Under the pieces are notes generated by a model that had not been told where the DNA came from, searched no databases, and saw only the letters and a list, made by a program, of their open reading frames with translations. Below are positions 14,158 through 20,000 of a DNA stretch of 20,000 nt, in pieces. Every line of letters begins with the position of its first letter. Position 1 is the stretch's first letter. The translations under genes and the position numbers were made by a program. Source of the stretch: Clostridiaceae bacterium (GTDB taxonomy: Bacteria > Bacillota > Clostridia > CAYPLH01 > DUMO01); assembly GCA_012839865.1 (NCBI GenBank), contig DUMO01000063.1, positions 114,678 through 134,677 on the forward strand. Reading direction: 5' to 3'.

Positions 14158-15974
14158 CTTCTACTTCTTAGTTTAGCTCTCTGCTCGGCGTCCAGTATTC
14201 TTTTTCTTACTCGAATATTAAGGGGAGTAACCTCCACCAGTTCGTCATCCGCAATAAACTCCAAAGACTGCTCCAGGCTCATAACAACGGGAGGAACGAG
14301 CCTTAACGCATCATCGGAACCTGCAGCACGCATGTTGGTAAGATGCTTTTTCTTGCATACATTAACCGATATGTCTTCATCCCGGGATGATTCGCCAACT
14401 ACCATTCCTTCGTAAACCTTTGTCCCGGGACCGATAAAAAGCCTGCCCCGTTCCTGGGCATTGTAAAGCCCGTAGGTGACAGCTTCTCCAGCTTCAAAGG
14501 CAACAAGGGAACCTCTTTTTCTGCTTTGTATCTCGCCTTTAAAGGGTTCATACCCATCGAATACATGATTCATTATACCATTTCCCCTGGTATCGGTCAA
14601 AAACTCGGAACGGTAGCCTATAAGCCCCCTTGCGGGGATTCTGAATTCCAGCCTTACATATCCATCTTTTGCCGAGTGCATGTTTACCATCTCAGCTTTT
14701 CGAACTCCAAGCTTTTCCATTACAATACCCAGGTATTCTTCCGGCACATCAATAATCAGGTATTCCACAGGTTCATACAATACACCGTCAATCTCTTTTG
14801 TTATGACCTTTGGTTTGGAAACCTGGAATTCATAACCCTGCCTTCTCATTGTTTCAATCAGAATCCCAAGGTGAAGTTCACCTCTTCCCATAACTATGAA
14901 TGAATCCGGAGAGTCGGTTTCTTCAACCCTCATGCTTACATTGGTCTCCACTTCTTTAAAAAGCCTGTCCCGAAGGTGCCTGGAAGTTACGTACTTCCCC
15001 TCCATCCCTGCAAAGGGACTGTCGTTAACGCTGAAGGTCATGGAAACCGTTGGTTCATCAATATCAACAAAGGGCAGCTTTTCGGGAGCTTCCGCATCGC
15101 AGATTGTGTCTCCTATGGCGATGTTTTCAATACCTGCAATACAGATAATGTCACCCAGTTTGGCCTCTTTCACTTCTACTCTTTTCAAACCCTTGAACTT
15201 GTAAATCTTGTTAATTTTTGAATACTCCATGGAACCATCTTTTTTCAAGACAGCAATTTTCTGGCCAAGTTTAACCTCGCCTCTCTCAATTCTTCCTACT
15301 GCAATTCTTCCCACATATTCATCACAGTCTATATTGGAAACAAGGAACTGAAAAGGCTTGTCAAAATAACCTGTCGGAGCCGGTATGGCTTTGATTATGG
15401 TATCAAACAAAGGCCGCAGGTCTTTAGGTTCGTCCTTTATGTCATATACTGCAAATCCTTCTCTGGCGGAAGTATATACAATAGGAAAATCAATCTGGTC
15501 GTCATCGGCACCAAGTTCTATGAAAAGCTCCAAAACTTCATCGGCCACTTCAAAGGGTCTTGCTCCGGGTCTGTCCACTTTGTTTATTACAACAATTGGC
15601 TTGAGCTTAAGTTGCAGGGCTTTTCTCAGAACAAAACGGGTTTGGGGCATCGGCCCATCATATGCGTCCACAAGCAGCAGCACCCCGTTTACCATTCTGA
15701 GGACCCGTTCCACTTCACCGCCAAAATCAGCGTGTCCCGGTGTATCAACAATATTTATATTAATCCCCATATACTCAACCGCAGTGTTTTTGGAAAGTAT
15801 GGTTATACCCCGCTCCCTTTCAAGTTCATTTGAGTCCATAACCCTTTCCTGCACCGCTTCATTTTCCCTGAATATTCCGCTTTGCCTCAACATGCCGTCC
15901 ACCAAAGTTGTTTTCCCATGATCAACATGGGCAATTATAGCTATGTTCCTTACATCGTTTCTTGTGTCTTTCAA
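14154..15974 (-). CDS. typA: Translational GTPase TypA/BipA
   Basis: RNIAIIAHVDHGKTTLVD, ERERGITIL, DTPGHADFGGEVERV, NKVD, GRGELHLGILIETMRR, EPVE, RGLIGYRSEFLTDTRG. The likely start is TTG 15974 after AAGGAG, giving 606 aa, not 16157. Confidence 0.95.
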   Translation of the reverse strand: MKDTRNDVRNIAIIAHVDHGKTTLVDGMLRQSGIFRENEAVQERVMDSNELERERGITILSKNTAVEYMGININIVDTPGHADFGGEVERVLRMVNGVLLLVDAYDGPMPQTRFVLRKALQLKLKPIVVINKVDRPGARPFEVADEVLELFIELGADDDQIDFPIVYTSAREGFAVYDIKDEPKDLRPLFDTIIKAIPAPTGYFDKPFQFLVSNIDCDEYVGRIAVGRIERGEVKLGQKIAVLKKDGSMEYSKINKIYKFKGLKRVEVKEAKLGDIICIAGIENIAIGDTICDAEAPEKLPFVDIDEPTVSMTFSVNDSPFAGMEGKYVTSRHLRDRLFKEVETNVSMRVEETDSPDSFIVMGRGELHLGILIETMRRQGYEFQVSKPKVITKEIDGVLYEPVEYLIIDVPEEYLGIVMEKLGVRKAEMVNMHSAKDGYVRLEFRIPARGLIGYRSEFLTDTRGNGIMNHVFDGYEPFKGEIQSRKRGSLVAFEAGEAVTYGLYNAQERGRLFIGPGTKVYEGMVVGESSRDEDISVNVCKKKHLTNMRAAGSDDALRLVPPVVMSLEQSLEFIADDELVEVTPLNIRVRKRILDAEQRAKLRSRR

Positions 15975-16194
15975 GCTGTCGCTCTCCTTCTTTTGCATAC
16001 CTTTCTTAGTATTCTTAATTATTAGTTTTCCTTTATAATTTTTATATAAAGTATATTTCACTTGTTTTTTATACCCTTTTTTTACTGTTGCAATCCGGTA
16101 ATTCAATTTTAATATTTCAATTGCCATTCCTGTTTGTTTTCCGCCAATGCAATCCATGAATCCAGCTCTTTCAGAGTCCCGTTGTCCTGCCAGC

Positions 16195-18579
16195 CTATTT
16201 CATTTCAACTATTGTAACTCCCGACTCACCTTCGCCAAATTTACCGGTTCGAAAAGAAGCAACATGAGGGTTGGTTCTCAGGTATTGCTGCAAGCCGTTT
16301 CTTAACGCCCCCGTACCCTTGCCGTGTATAAGGGTTACTTCCTTAAGACCTGCAAGACTCACATCATCCAGGTACTTTGACACTGCAATGATTGCATCGT
16401 CCAGGGTCATACCTCGCAAATCAATTTCCTTTGAAATGGTTCTCGATTTGGAAACTCCAATTTTACCGCTGCCTATTCTGTCAATAACCTGTTTTTGCTC
16501 ATCCACCGGCCTGAGGTTTGAAACATGAACATTAATTTTAATTATTCCAGCCTGTATCAGTGCCTCACCGTTCTTATCAGGAGGAGTTACAACAGTTCCT
16601 CTTTGATTTAAGTTTACAATGAGCACCGTATCTCCGGGCTTTAGGTTTTCAGGAGGCGCCACCAGGGAATCCCTGGGCATTATGGATTGCACAAGGGAGC
16701 TCTCAATTTCATCAATATTGCTTTTAAGCCTGACTCGAAGCTCCTCCACCTCCCTGTTGCTGACAGCAGTTCTTTGCATCTCCTGAAACCTTCGCATTTC
16801 AGTTAAAATGTATTCAACTTCTTCCTTTGCGCCGCGCAGAATGCTTCTGGCTTCCATCCTGGCTTCACGCAGAATGTTTTCCTTTTGAGATTCAAGTTTT
16901 ATACGTTGTGCTTCCATTTCCTCTTTAAGTTCTTCAACCTGCCTTCTGTAAGCCTCCGCCTGCATGCGGTCCCTTTCCGCATCCTGCCTGTTTTTTTCTA
17001 TAGACATGAGTATATCTTCAAACCTGATATCCTCTTTCTTAAGAAGTTCTTTTGCATGGGCAATTATTTTCTCAGACAAGCCAAGCCTTTTTGAAATTGC
17101 AAAGGCATTGCTTTTCCCTGGCACCCCCACCAGCAGCTTGTACGTTGGTTTCAGTGTCTCCACATCAAATTCGCAACAGGCATTTTCAACACTTTCGGTT
17201 GACAATGCATATATTTTAAGTTCACTGTAATGGGTGGTTGCAATAGTTATTGCTCCCAGTTCCCGTAACCTGTCAAGAATAGCCATGGCCAATGCTGCAC
17301 CTTCGGTGGGGTCGGTGCCCGCCCCAAGTTCGTCAAACAGGACAAGGGAATTGCTGTCTGCATTTTCCATGATATTTACTATATTTGTCATATGGGAGGA
17401 GAATGTGCTCAGGCTTTGCTCAATGCTCTGCTCATCCCCGATATCTGCATACACCCTATCAAATATGCTCATTTCAGTTCCTTCACCGGCCGGAATATGA
17501 AGTCCTGCCTGGGTCATCAGGGCAAAAAGTCCTACAGTTTTAAGGGTAACGGTTTTTCCTCCGGTATTGGGTCCTGTTATGACCAGCGTTTTAAAGCTAT
17601 CCCCTATCCACAAGTCAATTGGTACAACCGTATGCTGGTCCAGCAGGGGATGTCTTCCCTTTACTATTTTAATTCTTTTGCTATTGTTCAGTCTCGGGCA
17701 GACACAATTGTACGCAAGACTTAATTTGGCCTTGGCAAACATGAAATCAAGGCGTGCAAGCAAAGAGACATTTGAGTTAAGTTCCGTCAAAATCCCTGCA
17801 ACATCCCCTGTCAGCTCCATCAGTATTCGTTCAATTTCTTCCGCTTCCTTGATCCTAAGCTGTTTAATCTCATTGTTTGCTTCAACCACTGCCATGGGCT
17901 CTATAAAAATTGTTGCGCCGCTTGAGGACATGTCATGCACAAGTCCGGGAATCTCATTCCTATATTCCTGCTTAACCGGAACCACATACCTGTCACCTCT
18001 TAGTGTGACTACGGATTCCTGCATGAATTTCTGGTATTTTGAAGACCTTAATATGCTGTTAAGCTTTTCCTTTATTGATTCATGAAGAGCGCGGATGTTT
18101 CTTCTGATATTCTTTAACGCAACGCTTGCATTATCAGATATTTCATCTTCACTCAGTATTGCTGATTTTATTTTATCCTCCATGTTTCTGTTTGAAACGA
18201 GGCTCATAATCAGCTCTTCTGCAATATTTTCTATTGTTTTTTCCGCTCCTCTTTCATCCCGGGCATAGTTCTTGAGGTTTCTGCATGCGCCAAGTACTTC
18301 AGCAATTTTTAAAAGCTCACCGGGATTTAAGACAGCCTCAAGGGAAACCCTTCTAAGACTGGCCCTTATATCATGCACTCCCCCCATGGGAGGGTTGCCT
18401 TTGCGCAATATAAGGCTCTGGGCATCGCTTGTTTCCTTTAAAAGCATTGAAACCTTATCCGGTTCACATATCGGCTTCAACTCCCTGGCAAGTTCTTTGC
18501 CCAGGCTGGAGGCCGCAAGGTCTTCCACTTTTGAAACTATCTTATCAAATTCAAGTACTCTAAGAGTCTTCTCATTCAT
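16195..18579 (-). CDS. mutS2: Endonuclease MutS2 (ATPase with KOW and Smr domains)
   Basis: LEFDKI, RGDRYVVPVK, HDMSSSGATIFIEP, ITGPNTGGKTVTLK, DIGDEQSIEQSLSTFSSHM, DELGAGTDPTEG, TTHYSELK, IDLRG..IHGKGTGALR. Start taken as ATG 18579. Confidence 0.96.
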   Translation of the reverse strand: MNEKTLRVLEFDKIVSKVEDLAASSLGKELARELKPICEPDKVSMLLKETSDAQSLILRKGNPPMGGVHDIRASLRRVSLEAVLNPGELLKIAEVLGACRNLKNYARDERGAEKTIENIAEELIMSLVSNRNMEDKIKSAILSEDEISDNASVALKNIRRNIRALHESIKEKLNSILRSSKYQKFMQESVVTLRGDRYVVPVKQEYRNEIPGLVHDMSSSGATIFIEPMAVVEANNEIKQLRIKEAEEIERILMELTGDVAGILTELNSNVSLLARLDFMFAKAKLSLAYNCVCPRLNNSKRIKIVKGRHPLLDQHTVVPIDLWIGDSFKTLVITGPNTGGKTVTLKTVGLFALMTQAGLHIPAGEGTEMSIFDRVYADIGDEQSIEQSLSTFSSHMTNIVNIMENADSNSLVLFDELGAGTDPTEGAALAMAILDRLRELGAITIATTHYSELKIYALSTESVENACCEFDVETLKPTYKLLVGVPGKSNAFAISKRLGLSEKIIAHAKELLKKEDIRFEDILMSIEKNRQDAERDRMQAEAYRRQVEELKEEMEAQRIKLESQKENILREARMEARSILRGAKEEVEYILTEMRRFQEMQRTAVSNREVEELRVRLKSNIDEIESSLVQSIMPRDSLVAPPENLKPGDTVLIVNLNQRGTVVTPPDKNGEALIQAGIIKINVHVSNLRPVDEQKQVIDRIGSGKIGVSKSRTISKEIDLRGMTLDDAIIAVSKYLDDVSLAGLKEVTLIHGKGTGALRNGLQQYLRTNPHVASFRTGKFGEGESGVTIVEMK

Positions 18580-18615
18580 TTTCAATAACCCTCAACTGTG
18601 TAATTCACCTCATAG

Positions 18616-18624
18616 ATTATAGCA
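18616..18624 (-). promoter_or_regulatory. Extended -10 sigmaA element upstream of mutS2
   Basis: TGcTATAAT on the minus strand. TTGCAT lies only 15 nt upstream, so the -35 is uncertain. Confidence 0.5.
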
Positions 18625-18958
18625 CAAATATAGATTATGCAAAATTTTTTTTGCAAGAAGCAACCATATAAATTGAAGTTTTTATTTTCTTATTCTTTGT
18701 TAGGTATTTACAATTAACACATATTGGTGACAGACACTTTGAGCAAAATGAAGTATGTATTTGATATGATAGTAAGGATTGATTTTTCAAAAGCTCAGAT
18801 TCATTGTAAAGCTGATAAATGTTACAGCTTCAGGAACACAAATGATTATTTTTTGCTTTTCTCAAAAGAAAAGCCAGGAAATTATGAATGGTATTTTTAT
18901 AGGATAATCAATTGTGTTTCATCTGGCAAGCCCTTAAGGGCAAATTTTGTCAGGAGGA

Positions 18959-19396
18959 TCAATCATGCTTCTCCTGACAAGCCTTACCGTTAATAATGCT
19001 TTTTATTATCTCAACTGCTTTATTTATCTGATTTGGCAAAGGTTCCTCCGATACTCCGACTATTTCAATATTGCACCTGTTTGAAGGTATCAGGATTTTT
19101 TTTGCATCACTGCTTGCAATAGCGGTTGCCATGGCTGGTGTAAGCTCTCCCAGCATCGAATTGGCTGCTATTATTCCGATTGGTCCAATAATCACATCAA
19201 CTCTTTTTGCATTGAAGCATATTGCATTTTCTCCGGTAGCTCCCTCATTTGCACCAGCTTTCAGCATCTGAGATGTTGCAGTCACATTTGTGCCCAGGGC
19301 AATAATTTTCACATCATTATCAAATTCTTTTCTTATCCTCTCAACAATAGCTTTTCCAAGGCCTCCGCCCTGTCCGTCAATCACAGCAATTCTCAT
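18959..19396 (-). CDS. DUF3842 family protein
   Basis: MRIAVIDGQGGGLG, ALGTNVTATSQMLKAGANEGATGENAI, IIGPIGIIAANSMLGELTPAMA.AIASSDAKKILIP. Start moved to ATG 19396 after AAGGGGA. Confidence 0.85.
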   Translation of the reverse strand: MRIAVIDGQGGGLGKAIVERIRKEFDNDVKIIALGTNVTATSQMLKAGANEGATGENAICFNAKRVDVIIGPIGIIAANSMLGELTPAMATAIASSDAKKILIPSNRCNIEIVGVSEEPLPNQINKAVEIIKSIINGKACQEKHD

Positions 19397-19521
19397 GGTG
19401 CAGTCCCCTTTCATACAAATTGGCCATATTTATATATAAGTATGATATTCCCTAATCTCTGGAATCCACGGATTTGCAAACTTTTACTAATATTTATATT
19501 GGGTATTTATCAATATATACT

Positions 19522-19530
19522 ACTATACCA
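19522..19530 (-). promoter_or_regulatory. Extended -10 sigmaA-like element upstream of the DUF3842 gene
   Basis: TGgTATAGT on the minus strand. The -35 region (TCGATG, 17 nt away) is weak. Confidence 0.35.
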
Positions 19531-19697
19531 CAAAATAAACTGACCATCGAGATTGTTTTGCTTATTGGGAGAATCTGATTATGGTACAGACATGCGTGCT
19601 TGAATAATGAAATGTATTATATCAAATGTTTTAAACTGATATAAAAAATTGATAGTGAAGTATTCTGGAATGGATTTGAAACAAAATGCATTTGTTT

Positions 19698-19883
19698 CTA
19701 TGAAAACTCCGGTTTAATCCTTTTATAATGCGGATCTTGATCATTCACATCATAAAAATCCGCCATGAGGTTGCTTAATGCGAGTTCTTTAAATTCACTG
19801 GGAGTAAGTTTAACTTTTTCTTTGAAATATTTGCTGAAATAGTGTACTGAATTAAAACCCGTCAACAATGCAATTTCAGTGTA
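19698..19883 (-). pseudogene. AraC/XylS-family regulator C-terminal HTH remnant
   Basis: Hand translation gives YTEIALLTGFNSVHYFSKYFKEKVKLTPSEFKELALSNLMADFYDVNDQDPHYKRIKPEFS*. There is an in-frame TAG at 19917-19919 and no ATG before the motif. Confidence 0.8.
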
Positions 19884-19959
19884 AGCGTAAAGTAGGACAG
19901 TACATGGAATATCTGACTATTAAGTAGTACAATCATTTCAAACCGGTTGAAAAAGTTGA

Positions 19960-20000
19960 AAACTTTAAAAAGTGCAAAAAGTGTGCAAAGTGTAAAAAGT
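19960..20000. repeat. Degenerate 9-bp tandem repeat (AAAGTGYAA-like), cut by the window edge
   Basis: aaactttaa / aaagtgcaa / aaagtgtgc / aaagtgtaa / aaagt. Confidence 0.5.

Noticed and set aside
18724..18993. 89-aa plus-strand ORF between mutS2 and DUF3842
   Set aside because: No SD before the GTG or ATGs, no recognisable domain, and it overlaps the DUF3842 end.
19397..19560. NiCo riboswitch upstream of DUF3842 (the family is sometimes linked to Ni/Co loci)
   Set aside because: The leader is AT-rich and lacks the GC-paired four-way junction and conserved motifs.

Overview
Window from a spore-forming Clostridia-class Firmicute chromosome (inferred from gene content, order and RBS style). 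Most genes are on the minus strand and form two housekeeping blocks: yqeG-aroE-prepilin peptidase-comFB-endonuclease IV-like TIM barrel-aroQ (51-4207), and DUF3842-mutS2-typA-mltG-trmR-U32/trhP-class B PBP-sigK (8542-19396). The main feature is sigK split at the ...CIENE/EILM... codons by a very small skin-type element. It is 2,626 bp between 7-bp GAGATTT direct repeats at 5918-5924 and 8544-8550, and excision restores an in-frame 234-aa pro-sigmaK. The element has no phage genes. It holds only a small candidate directionality-factor ORF, a SpoIVCA-like large serine recombinase and, unexpectedly, an intact YhcN/YlaJ-family spore lipoprotein gene. Smaller signals not shown in the ORF track: a decayed tandem copy of the mltG 3' end, an AraC C-terminal remnant near the right edge, a sigmaH-like promoter with palindromic operator candidates before the prepilin peptidase, and several start codons that need correcting. 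No rRNA, tRNA or CRISPR array was seen.
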